DNA of 63,055 nt, filler included, from Asterionella formosa (Eukaryota): the NCBI GenBank assembly GCA_002256025.1. It is 8 parts of 8 records of this genome, joined end to end, with 100 filler letters (N's around TTAATTAATTAA, not from the genome) between each part and the next. Parts side by side here need not be neighbours in the genome. Positions count along the whole stretch, not along the records: positions 1 to 26,366 come from NKIB01001743.1; positions 26,467 to 52,798 come from NKIB01001749.1; 6 more parts are not named here. One strand, written 5' to 3'. A model generated the notes under the pieces. It ran no database searches and had not been told where the DNA came from. It saw only the letters and a program-made list of their open reading frames with translations. This document shows positions 24,001 through 33,429 of this stretch, in pieces. Position 1 is the first letter of the stretch. Each line of letters starts with the position of its first letter. The position numbers and the translations under genes were made by a program.

Positions 24001-25320
24001 TCTGACACAGCCGAAATCGAAGATTGGGCTTCCTCGTATGACCCTGGAGATTTTCAAGATGACGTATCGATGCATGATTTTGTCCCCCAGCAGGATTTGG
24101 TTTTGACAAAGCAGTTGAAGTCAGCAAGGACTGATGCTAGTGTCATCGACACAAAAGCCATACTAGATGATACTATACAGAATACAACAAGTGCAAACTC
24201 AATGCATAATAGCCATTCTCATACGCACAGTAAGCTCTCGAAAACAGGACCACAAACACTTCTTGGTTCCCTTGATCATTTTTTTCTTCGTCAAGAGGAC
24301 ATATTTAGTGCGACTTATGACGAAAGTGTGCCCCGAGAACTTCGTGCTGAACTTGAGGTGCAAGAAGCTCTTGCCACCCTACTGAAGGCTTCTGCCCTTA
24401 AGCGACTTGAGTCAGTTAACGCCTACTGGCTTGTAGCATCTAGATTGATGAATGAACGGCTCGAGTTAGCTCAGACAAATCAGATCATCGAGCAATCTAT
24501 CAAAACCTCTAGTATGCAGGTTTTTCTAACGGGAATCCACGAGCTTGATAGCATGGAAATGAACGAGCTGCAGGAGCACTGCCAAGGCCTGTTTCGAGAC
24601 ATAAACGACTTGTTTCAGACAGCACACAAACTCGAAGTCTCGTGGAAACGCATCAAGTCAAAAATCGTTAACTGCATCGCCGGTGACTCTGCTGAAGGCA
24701 AAATGTCGTCATCACAATATGATGAGCTCGTTGGTAAGGTGGATGATTTTCTCCGAGAACTTCCAGACGATTGGCAGCCAAATGAAATTGAAGATCTTCT
24801 GGACCCCGACTATGTCCTCTCGTTGTACGAGTCTGATGATACTGAGGATGACAATCGAGGCCTTCAAATTATTCCAGACAACCTGTCGGAAGGTGAACGT
24901 TTTGAACTAGACATGGATATGATTGAAAAGGAGTGGTCTGGGTGGGATGATCCTACGTATCGTTGGTCATCAGGTGATGCCGATGGAGGGGCCAATTTCC
25001 ATGTTTATGGCAACGAAATCAAGGAATTCGAGGCAAATGCATACTCTAATGAAATCGAAGAGTCGTTGGAAGATGCATTGGTTCGGATCGAACATGATTG
25101 GGCTGAGTGGAGTATGAGCGAGGATACCGATGTCACCATCAAGGATTTAACCTCATCGACACAGCAGTCATTATTGCTTCAATATTCCAATGCACAGTTT
25201 GGTGACTACAGAAAGTTACAAGAGCCAAAAGACGATCCCCCCTCTTACTGTACTGAGGAAGCTGAGTCTGAGCACATCCACTCTCCGAGAGTGGTAAGTA
25301 CCGACATGGGTGATCATTGA
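21088..25320 (+). CDS. dnaG: Bacterial-type DnaG DNA primase, probably organelle-targeted, with a long C-terminal extension
   Basis: CHC2 zinc finger CPFHEDRNPSM..YKCFSCGAGGDVF, then DRFRGRIMVPI, VIAFGGR, PKYLNSPES, TOPRIM VEGYMDV and CLDNDEAG, and KDPADFI. Intronless 1410-aa ORF. Confidence 0.92.
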   Translation: MESRDKAPKRRRKRPRHSLALECFGVFVLASLSTSTCRSLSLQRAAFGIRNQNEDHRKHVRSCRRLVAISMSSRENPEGQPNVSPSFFPPEQLAGLKESINIVDVIESYNLPKFQRRGDTGAISICPFHEDRNPSMNIDDKRKIYKCFSCGAGGDVFKFVRDYRALKGEEFTFYESVREVASSFGNLQLGSPSRTGTSRTTEEESAALQEKKKRLLLINAAAAAYFGKSLISLPSAGQARSHLRNRGLSPTTVRTFALGYAPDCYFGLKGNNKWGEGSLVHNLKELGFTADEILDSGLATRTKRASISAADSDMLETMENYSKEKPTEFTTLMDRFRGRIMVPIFDASGKNVIAFGGRILPSLEKGNDNSDFVPPKYLNSPESLIFHKSSELFGLHFAKEAIHEQKAKTEQGAQRLPGSIVIVEGYMDVISLWEANIKNAVACMGTALTMEQLTSAAKAAGTMEGRIILCLDNDEAGMNAVERVCSNMFLTKISEKYGVEIVIGSLPVGIKDPADFIQTKNGDADFQKRVIANADDWTTWYLKQILARYNEKALRGTPGSFGNMCDRVSEFLATFPNPADRTKRAHDIASNLAEVVSARSGSSQVSNSFRIQLESDLVDMVSRKASVKESLGRRIEAVDGFSPKQLDEKLSQMSRGAGSNVTDDSTKFSAKAFKAANPIHSREQVQRLKPTPVQRDERDLKAGPKGNSEKKNPRKFFRSAKEQASPMTPHFKGFAFENESDADWLGLSRQKSKRKKGDLVFGTNERYQKQMLNRFGASYAPGLKDNVIYFNSDEYHGQQFLTQEAMHAGYTNNGPPPRDRSFLERGVATLVKEDPVGMIRRGEEALLRNLVQYGSARSAIRTAIATSDATGSTFDIEWSSVDRQWLFTYLVEREDEIPFKDFEGDSKADLREYLATREDVPEGAFFMRGFEMDRNLQVVTVDPTKASALENNIFANEFNGVTPVDQELQIPSDTAEIEDWASSYDPGDFQDDVSMHDFVPQQDLVLTKQLKSARTDASVIDTKAILDDTIQNTTSANSMHNSHSHTHSKLSKTGPQTLLGSLDHFFLRQEDIFSATYDESVPRELRAELEVQEALATLLKASALKRLESVNAYWLVASRLMNERLELAQTNQIIEQSIKTSSMQVFLTGIHELDSMEMNELQEHCQGLFRDINDLFQTAHKLEVSWKRIKSKIVNCIAGDSAEGKMSSSQYDELVGKVDDFLRELPDDWQPNEIEDLLDPDYVLSLYESDDTEDDNRGLQIIPDNLSEGERFELDMDMIEKEWSGWDDPTYRWSSGDADGGANFHVYGNEIKEFEANAYSNEIEESLEDALVRIEHDWAEWSMSEDTDVTIKDLTSSTQQSLLLQYSNAQFGDYRKLQEPKDDPPSYCTEEAESEHIHSPRVVSTDMGDH

Positions 25321-25959
25321 AAGAGGGTTCTGGTGACGACCCTGGCAAAATAGAAAACAATTTTGCTTCTGTTTAGGAAGAAATGTGTAGTAAGGAATTA
25401 CTTTTCAAGAATCCATGATTTTAAGGAATGCTTATTATAACTCATAAAGAGATAATCTCAGGAGTAATATATTTGCTTATCACTAATAGGGGGATCTGTT
25501 ACATCATATCTGATGAAATCCAAATCAGCAAAATTTACTAGTGAAATCTGCTGAATCAACGCTACCTATTTAGTTTTCCGGGTTTTTTCATTCATTAGAT
25601 TCTAAGGGATAAGTTGCAGTATCAGTATACAAGCGCTTGTTTTGTGAATAAGCTCTACAGTCACAGCCATCTGTTTCGAGTCCCAGATAAAAATTTCAAG
25701 GCAATTCAGAGGCAGTTGATTTTTAATTAAATGTTTTCTAGGCTAAGAAAATCTCCATTCTGACCCCTGATATAGGGGTGTTTCCAATATGCCTACCAGT
25801 ATGTACACTGGTAGTAGTATGCAAAATACCGATGAAGATTTAATCAGATAGACCATACTACCTGGTAGCGTAAGGCATTATCCAATCATTACTGTGTTCA
25901 CCACAGTTTCCTACACAACTGTTTCACCAGATTTTCATATGGCAAAAAAGGTTATGAAC

Positions 25960-26320
25960 ATCTAAGACGCTGTTTACGGCACTTTTTCAAATTTATGTCT
26001 AAAGTGACGTATTTATGCTACTTTTCTAAAATATTATGCTACTTTTTTGGGAATTTATTTGGGTCAAACCAAAATTTATGTGTTCTAAAACAAAATTTAT
26101 TCTACTTATCTAATAATTATGTGATCAAACCAATAATTATGTGAGTTCGCAACAATATTTTTTTCCAACTAGCCCTCATAACGGTATAATGGCGAAATTA
26201 CGCCACTTCACGGCAATATTATGCTGGTCTCACCACATAATTAAGTAAAGAGTACCTAATTTCGATTCAATTATTATTTTTTCCTCTATCACATTTTCCC
26301 TTGATATCGACTGCCAAAGA
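25960..26320 (+). repeat. AT-rich dispersed repeat, copy 1
   Basis: Reverse complement of about 38590-38960 (shared GTCTAAAGTGACG, TTTGGGTCAAACCAAAATT, TTCGCAACAATATTTT). Confidence 0.8.
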
Positions 26321-26366
26321 ACAAACAGCACAAGCAGTTGTTGGCGCCGATATCCGCATCCACAAA

Positions 26367-26466
26367 NNNNNNNNNNNNNNNNNNNNNNNNNNNNNNNNNN
26401 NNNNNNNNNNTTAATTAATTAANNNNNNNNNNNNNNNNNNNNNNNNNNNNNNNNNNNNNNNNNNNN
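26367..26466. other. Artificial contig linker N44-TTAATTAATTAA-N44 (also 52799-52898, 54509-54608, 56219-56318, 57931-58030, 59640-59739, 61348-61447)
   Basis: Seven identical 100-nt spacers with a 12-mer that gives stops in all six frames. Confidence 0.98.
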
Positions 26467-26485
26467 ATAACGAATTCATTTGAGC

Positions 26486-28867
26486 ATGGCGGCTACGGCA
26501 TCAGTCTCCATCACGATCACGATGTGTCAATTGAGCACTCCTCTTGCCGAAATCGTTCAAAAGGCAATCGATTCCACCGACCAGAGTTCAGCTGTGCGCT
26601 TTGATATTTTAGAAAATGCTCTGCGTAATGTTATCATTGGTAAATGCGAAGAGACTTGGGATCAGGATACGCTCCTGGCTGACCTTATCCAGACGTGGAA
26701 GGAGACTACTGATATCTGCATTCACCTACTGATCTCTCAGCAGATGGAATCTTGTCGAAAACTTCCATTCTTGATTCTGGAAGATATCGTTGAGGCGCTT
26801 TTCGGCCAAACCTTGAAGGATTTTTGGACACAAGCAAAGCCAGCAGAAACGCTCTGCCAAGGTGTCTTGTGGGCACCCACCAAGACAAACTTACACGTCC
26901 TACAGTTCATCAAAGCATGCAATCAGCTTCTTAAGCGTTTCAAGGGACACAGCCAATGGGAAGGAGCTGTCATGTTGGATCTGTCTAGAGTATTACCACT
27001 GTCCGACAAATCATCGATGAAGTCATACGGAAGTGTTTCTGGTAGTCCAGAGCTCGCGATCGACAGTTCCCGGGAGTTCGAAAACAGTGTAGAGTATTCA
27101 CTCTATCAATCTTTCTGGGGGGTTCAGCAAGATTTCGCGAATCCATACAAAATTGAGTTGGGCGCATTTATCAATAGAATGAGAGTGATTCTATCTGGTC
27201 TCGAAGGAACTCCAAATCAAAAAACTACTCCCGAATCGCTGGACTACTTGACTGGATTCCGCATATTCCCTATCCAGCTTCATGATGCTTCGCTCAAAGT
27301 CCACGTATTGACTCAATTTCTCATTATTGAATCCTTACTTTCGACTAAGTCGCCCAATTTGAAATCAACACTGCAAACCCTTGCCAACCGCGCCAAGGAT
27401 TTGTTGAACAAGGTAGGCGGCGAAGAATATGCAATGACGTTGGATTGGCTACTGACAGAACGCGAAGAATTCTGGCGGGCCTGGAAGCAAAACAAATGTA
27501 AACCTGACTTTCCTGAAGTTTTTCCCTCTGTACAACAACAACCAAAGAAACCAGTACCTCACCTGTTCGCGAATGGCAGCAGCAACGACGAGGACGACTT
27601 ACTTAAAAGTATTTCCATGCCTGAATTGGCGAAAGTATCACAAGAGATGGGGAGTTCTGTCCCAGACGTCTTCGAATTTCTAGAAGATTACAAAGAAGCC
27701 CTTGACCCCGACTCTGGTATTGAAGCAGAGTATCATCCGAAGAATGATAAGCTGTTTTGCTGGAGAGCGATGCGTCTGCTGAGCAAGAAATACCTTGGAA
27801 ATTTCAATTTGATACAGAAAGAAACTGGAGACTTTGAGAACTTGGTCCGATACATTTATAAGACGGAAAGAAACACTGACATTCCTGGTCAACCCTTGTC
27901 ATATGGAGGAGGCGATGAGATGGAGGATCAAGTCGAGAAGAAGAAAGAAGGAATTGAAATGCCCAAAAATTCACCTCCTGAAGGCGCCGAGGACGAAACG
28001 GTGACCGGCTCCATTGAAAAAATTGATGCCGAAATGCAAGATGTCGCAGACAACGTTGTGATAGACTCCGAGCAGTTACCGACGGCTGAAGATATCGCAA
28101 AATACTGTGTCGAATCAGGAGACAAGGTAGCTGGCGACGATCTCCAAAACACCATCGCTGAACAAGTTGACGATGATGACGATATGGTGTCGGGCGAAGA
28201 AAAAGAAAAGCGATACGCGGGTATGAGTGCAATGGAACGCGCCATGGCCGAGGAAGAAGACCAGCTTGAGTATGACAACAGGAAACGGGAAAGACAGGAA
28301 GCCCAAAGGAAGCGACAGGAAATTGACGTTCAAAGCAACCAAATAAGCTTAACCAAGAAAGTAGAAGACGTTCTTGTTGCTACCGAGGAAGGAAAAACAC
28401 CGACGATTCCTAATTGTGGCGACACAGACCACAAAAGAAAACGATTCGAAAGTTCTTCAACCAGCCGAGATGTCCGTCTTCGATTCGAAAAAGCAGCGGG
28501 AGTAGAGAAACAACTTATTGCTCCTAGTAATGTAGCGGGGAAAATATTCACTGGTGACAGGGATATTGAAGGACGACGGGAAATCGCAGGAACCGAAAAC
28601 GGAAAGGATGACAGTCGTCGGAATGAAAAAAATAGCCCGCTTCGAAGTGACATTCGTCGGCATGACACTCAACGCGATGAACCTCGTGGAGGTAGAGAGA
28701 GTCGAGCCGATTTCCGGGAGGGTCAATCAAGAGGGGACCAACGTCGTGAACAGGGCCGCGCTGACAGACGCATTGGCGGCTTTGGTGGAGGCTTCCGAGA
28801 TGAAAGAGGTGCTACCGGAAGCAATGGTTTAGGCCACAGGGACGGCGAACACCGGAGAGGACGTTAA
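26486..28867 (+). CDS. THOC1: THO complex subunit 1 (Hpr1)-like protein with an acidic and RG/RD-rich tail
   Basis: Motifs LPFLILEDIVE, VLPLSDKSSM, YSLYQSFWGVQQDFANP, YLTGFRIFPIQLHD, REEFWRAWKQNKC and DPDSGIEAEYHPKNDKLFCWRAMRLL. Start may instead be the Met near 26522. Confidence 0.82.
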   Translation: MAATASVSITITMCQLSTPLAEIVQKAIDSTDQSSAVRFDILENALRNVIIGKCEETWDQDTLLADLIQTWKETTDICIHLLISQQMESCRKLPFLILEDIVEALFGQTLKDFWTQAKPAETLCQGVLWAPTKTNLHVLQFIKACNQLLKRFKGHSQWEGAVMLDLSRVLPLSDKSSMKSYGSVSGSPELAIDSSREFENSVEYSLYQSFWGVQQDFANPYKIELGAFINRMRVILSGLEGTPNQKTTPESLDYLTGFRIFPIQLHDASLKVHVLTQFLIIESLLSTKSPNLKSTLQTLANRAKDLLNKVGGEEYAMTLDWLLTEREEFWRAWKQNKCKPDFPEVFPSVQQQPKKPVPHLFANGSSNDEDDLLKSISMPELAKVSQEMGSSVPDVFEFLEDYKEALDPDSGIEAEYHPKNDKLFCWRAMRLLSKKYLGNFNLIQKETGDFENLVRYIYKTERNTDIPGQPLSYGGGDEMEDQVEKKKEGIEMPKNSPPEGAEDETVTGSIEKIDAEMQDVADNVVIDSEQLPTAEDIAKYCVESGDKVAGDDLQNTIAEQVDDDDDMVSGEEKEKRYAGMSAMERAMAEEEDQLEYDNRKRERQEAQRKRQEIDVQSNQISLTKKVEDVLVATEEGKTPTIPNCGDTDHKRKRFESSSTSRDVRLRFEKAAGVEKQLIAPSNVAGKIFTGDRDIEGRREIAGTENGKDDSRRNEKNSPLRSDIRRHDTQRDEPRGGRESRADFREGQSRGDQRREQGRADRRIGGFGGGFRDERGATGSNGLGHRDGEHRRGR

Positions 28868-28890
28868 TGCGGCTAGTGACCTGCTTGCTT

Positions 28891-29212
28891 TTATGATCTC
28901 ATATAGAAGAGGCACCTGAAAATTGCCTGTAGCGTACGAATCATTTTTATAGTAATTGCGTCTTGGTCTAACCTGGGATCGAACAGGAAAGTTTCTACTT
29001 CTTCCATATTCTTCACGTGTATAACACGAAGATCCTCCCAGTTTGCCTCGCAGTCCCCTACAAGTTCCTTGAAATCTTTTGTATCATGAATCGTTCCAGG
29101 TTGTGAAGTCTGTTCCATGCGCGCAGCCATGTTCAAGCCATGGCCGAACACAGACAGTTTGGGCAAATGTTGCCCAAGGACACTGTAGGTGATATTGCCA
29201 ACATGAATACCG
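28891..29212 (-). pseudogene. Adenylate/guanylate cyclase C-terminal fragment
   Basis: GIHVGNITYSVLGQHLPKLSVFGHGLNMAARMEQTSQPGTIH..IHVKNM matches the class III cyclase catalytic C-terminal half. No N-terminal half is visible upstream. Confidence 0.7.
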
Positions 29213-29570
29213 AGTAACCGTCGTACATCAAGTAGCCATAAACTACAACATCATCAGTTGAAATCAACAATTGATGTATAATTCTTGATTTATCTGTTTA
29301 CAATAGAGGCATAGCGGTACAAACCAGTTATGCATGTTATGCTGAGGAAAGAGATTTGAGAGTAGCTTCAATCAAATGAAAAAATGCAAGAAAAAACATG
29401 GACAATATGTAAGAGCACAAAAGCAAAAGGATTAAAGCGAATACCGGTACATGAATGCAGACATATGCAGTCAACTATTGGATCAACAGTTTACACTTAA
29501 AATGGACTACAGAGATGAAACCCACATGAAATTCCTGCCATTGTGTTTGCCCTGTCTACTAATGAACTTG

Positions 29571-29688
29571 GACAAGGAATACAAGTAGTGACTGATCATG
29601 GCATCATATGTTCTGGAAAAGGGAGGACAGACAAGGAATACAAGCAGTGATTGATCATGGCATTCTTTGTTTTGGAAAAGGGAGAAAT
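29571..29688 (+). repeat. About 59-bp imperfect tandem duplication inside a degenerate coding-like remnant
   Basis: GACAAGGAATACAAG..TGATCATGGCAT..TGGAAAAGGGAG occurs twice. A downstream Cys-rich fragment (CNKC..C..ACGC..SCKC) lies at about 29875-29970. Confidence 0.7.
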
Positions 29689-30839
29689 GAGAAGATATAT
29701 TTTATCACTCAAGAAAGATGTGTTGTCCATCCAAATGAGGAAGTCATTTCATCATATTTGAATTGAAAGAGACAAGTAATACTTCATGGACCTTTCACTT
29801 GTGAAAATTATAGAAAATGAGTATGCAGCAAGCTCATACTATGTGTTATCCTCAAGATAGCAAGTCAAAACAAGGTGTAACAAGTGCATGAAAAAATGCG
29901 AAAGTGCTTGTGGATGTGTTGAGAAAAAGAATGGTTTCATTGTGTCTTGCAAATGTTTTGCAAAATGTATGAGCAAATTAAAAAAAACAATTATAAGCCA
30001 TTATTAGGCAGGTAACCATACGTTTCATCAGATTTTTTGTCATGGGTAAATTTGGATAAACAGATGTGTAGGAATCTGTAGTGAATATAGTATTGATTGA
30101 ATAATGCCTCAGACAATGGTTTATCTCATTATATTTTCCTTGGTAATCTGAGCACATACTTCCACTGGTATATGTAGGCACATTGGAATCACCCTTACGT
30201 CAGGGGTCAGAGCGAATGGTAATTTTTTCTTAACCATCTCTTACTTGAAGAACATAGAATTAACTTTCAATTGCCTCCGAATTGCCTCGATATGTTTATC
30301 CACGACTAGTAAAAGATGGCCATGACTGTAGAGTGTTTCCAAAAGACAAGCGTTCGTTCCCATTTAAAATACTGCATCTTGTCGCTTCAAATTTGATGAA
30401 TGAAAAAATCCGGAAATTCTAATAAATAGTGTTTATTCAGAAGATTTTACTACAAAATTCAGCGGATTTGGATTTCATCAGATATGAACAAACAGATCGC
30501 TCCATGATTGCCAAATTCAAGTTTGTTTTTCTCGCAGTTTCAGGTGAACAGCAAGACCCAGCCATCAAGACTGTGTTGGTCCGTGATGGCATTAAAATGT
30601 GCACCAGCGGATATTTAACCAAGTACATTGCAAATCAAAGTGCCCTCAATGAATGCAGGTCTCTATCGTCAGCTTTCAAGTTATCAAACAAATATCACTA
30701 TAGCTAATGGCGGGGAACTACTCCAGAAAATCTCGGTCTTTTCAGTGAATTTGGGATCATAGGAAGGAAAAGCGGTAGCTAGATTACATTTCGATACCCT
30801 GACATGATTGTAACTAAATAAATCATATTGGATTGATAC

Positions 30840-32606
30840 TTATTTAAACATTTGCTTCGTCATCATGGAAGCAAATGTAGCTGGTAGTCTCGACAAGTCC
30901 TGCTCATCATCAGACTCCTCGACTTCACTGAGGATGTGACCACATTCACGGTTATCAATCAAGCCGGAAATCTCTTCGTCCTCCTCGCCATATGAGTAGT
31001 GATCACTTCTACTTCCGTGTCCCTTCTGGGCAAATTTGTCTATTGTCAAGAATAAATCGCGCCGCTTTTTGCGTTCTAGCTCATGAATGTATTCATCATT
31101 TTGTACATCCGGCAGAAGGCCCGAATACTGAAATGCAATATAAACAATCACAGCGGCCAACAAATACGGCCATCCGGGAAGGGCCGATCCCTCGGAAAGT
31201 GTCATGAGCGACCCAAAAACTAAGGGGCCGATTCCCTCGGTCAAGGCTTTGATCCCATTGACAGCTCCCAATGCTTCTCCAACGGCATCAGGCTCCACAC
31301 TGCTGCTTACAAGCGATGATAGACTCGGATATACCAGATTTGCCACCAGCGAAAAGATGATGCATACAAAAAGGTGCCAGCCTTCATAGGCCAGCCCAAG
31401 AACAACGCACTGCAATCCAAATGCAATCAGCCCCAGCCTCATACTCTTTTTCTCTCCCAACATCGGTACGACAATTCGAACCAAGACTGCTTCAGCAAAC
31501 ATTGTTGCTAGCCCAAATGCAGACATTAGCTCTCCCAGCCTTTCAGGGCCCAAGTGAAAGCGCTTCGCCGCATAAAGCACCAACGTCGAAATTACTGCCC
31601 ACAATGCTGTGTAGTAAAAGAAGGCTACTTGACCGACTAGTCTAAGAAAAGGATCGATTGCAATAATTCGTATCGTATCCCATGGATTCCAACTGACTTT
31701 GTGTTCACCAAAACTAGCAAGTGACATCCCGCTGCTTCGGTCTGATTGATCTGAAAGCAGTAATTTTGACTCGGGCAGTATTGTATAAATATAAAGAAGA
31801 TCGAGCAGCGTCAGAATCAGTGAGCACACAAAGACATAGCGTGTATTATAACGTGCCAGATAGCCACCGGCCATGGGGCCAATAGTAAATGAGAGCCCGA
31901 AGGTGGCCAACGCCAGTCCAAAGGCGGAAACTCGAGCCTGTCGTTCATGAACGGAATCGGATATGTAGGCAAAAGTCAATGTAAATGTAGAGGAAAATAT
32001 TCCCGATAAGGACAGCAGTATCACAAAGATGGTAATGGCGTGAGGGGGGAGCAGGGTACGAACTGGGACCATCCACATTGCATTCCCTTCTTCGCCGGGT
32101 TCAAACGCGGTCGGTGAAGTAATGTTCAAAGCGGTTCCTTCTGAATTCGATCCTTGATCCACCATCGTATCCCATGATATGAGAGCTAGTGAGCATACCG
32201 GGGCACAAGTTCCAGCTACAGTGACTAGAAGGCACATTCTCCGACCAACAACATCAGAAAGCTTTCCAAACAGGGGACACGAGATGAAAGCTAGTAGCCC
32301 TCGTATGCATTCAGCAAAACCCATAATCAGATATACTCTCTCCTCAAATCTTTGAAGAAGCAAGGACGGCAAGACTGCTCTTGTCAAGGCCAAGGCAAGA
32401 AACTCCAAAAGAAGCACTGGAAGCACATACAAATGTTGGTACTCCCGTGTGGTGTCTAGTTCGTCTCGCTCAAACGACGAGATTTCCATGGGGATTGTAT
32501 TCATTGGAGCTTCTGAATACACGGATCTACTTGGTGAAATGAACAAGGAAGGAGAAGGAGTAGCCTTCAGACTCGGTGACTGAGAGTACATTGATTGCAA
32601 TGACAT
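30840..32606 (-). CDS. MFS transporter, HIAT1/MFSD14 (TetA-like) family
   Basis: About 12 hydrophobic segments. Motifs GKLSDVVGRR, FAYISD, ATFGLSFTIGPMAGGYL and ILPES. Confidence 0.9.
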   Translation of the reverse strand: MSLQSMYSQSPSLKATPSPSLFISPSRSVYSEAPMNTIPMEISSFERDELDTTREYQHLYVLPVLLLEFLALALTRAVLPSLLLQRFEERVYLIMGFAECIRGLLAFISCPLFGKLSDVVGRRMCLLVTVAGTCAPVCSLALISWDTMVDQGSNSEGTALNITSPTAFEPGEEGNAMWMVPVRTLLPPHAITIFVILLSLSGIFSSTFTLTFAYISDSVHERQARVSAFGLALATFGLSFTIGPMAGGYLARYNTRYVFVCSLILTLLDLLYIYTILPESKLLLSDQSDRSSGMSLASFGEHKVSWNPWDTIRIIAIDPFLRLVGQVAFFYYTALWAVISTLVLYAAKRFHLGPERLGELMSAFGLATMFAEAVLVRIVVPMLGEKKSMRLGLIAFGLQCVVLGLAYEGWHLFVCIIFSLVANLVYPSLSSLVSSSVEPDAVGEALGAVNGIKALTEGIGPLVFGSLMTLSEGSALPGWPYLLAAVIVYIAFQYSGLLPDVQNDEYIHELERKKRRDLFLTIDKFAQKGHGSRSDHYSYGEEDEEISGLIDNRECGHILSEVEESDDEQDLSRLPATFASMMTKQMFK

Positions 32607-33429
32607 TGTTGCTAACTGTGTCGCTTGTGATGCAATGGATTTTCTTCTTTCCTGCTATCTCATGTAAATCGTTTCTGCTTGTATGAAGATTCTTATTGAT
32701 TAAGGGAAGAGTGAAGGCAAGGTGTTGTTGTCAGCCGAAGCCAATGCTCCCAAAACAAACGAAATGATCTGGAAATGCCGGTAGGAGCATGGACAGTCGA
32801 AAATAAAGCAATTGTAACAACATGGAATCTATTGCCAGTAATGCAGCACAATATAGCAAAATACAGGAATACATGTATTATGTAGAACAATGAGAAGAAT
32901 TAAATCATTCATATTTATTATTTGCCATTTCGTTTTATCGCTTGAATTCAAGAAATGTCCCGCCCCTGCGCTCGCAGCGGAGCTGCTATTCCCGCTCCAG
33001 CTATAAGATACCAGGTAGTCCTGCCATTCGGGTACTTGTAAGTAATTTTTGTTTATGTCTGGGTGCACGAAGACTCAAGTTTTGGTAGCCATAGTAGAGC
33101 TGGTATGTTATTTTTTTTTAGCTTTTGGTTGGATGCAGAATCTATCATGTCATTACACTTGCTTCATATTGAGGACGCAGCACAGTTTAATTTAGTAGCT
33201 TTGATGATAAGGGTGGTCAACAAGGTGCTTCCTCTCATTAGTTCTGCACCAAACATGCTCATTCTAGAGATTCAAGGTGGCCAACAAGTGCAAGTATACA
33301 GGCATTCCTTCCAAACTCGGAAACGTCGCTATTTCTTCTTTGTCACCACCAAAATTAAATTCGTTCCTGTCCTCCTTTCACAGTTGAAAGCGTCATCATG
33401 GGAGCAAGATTGTGTATTGACAAGGCTTG

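Noticed and set aside
21088..25320. Bacterial contamination or prophage suggested by dnaG
   Set aside because: The same contig carries spliced eukaryotic genes, the ORF has an N-terminal extension, and there is no operon context.
26367..26466. TTAATTAATTAA palindrome in N runs as a biological repeat
   Set aside because: Identical in all seven gaps; it is a six-frame-stop concatenation spacer. ORFs ending in X..LIN are truncation artefacts.
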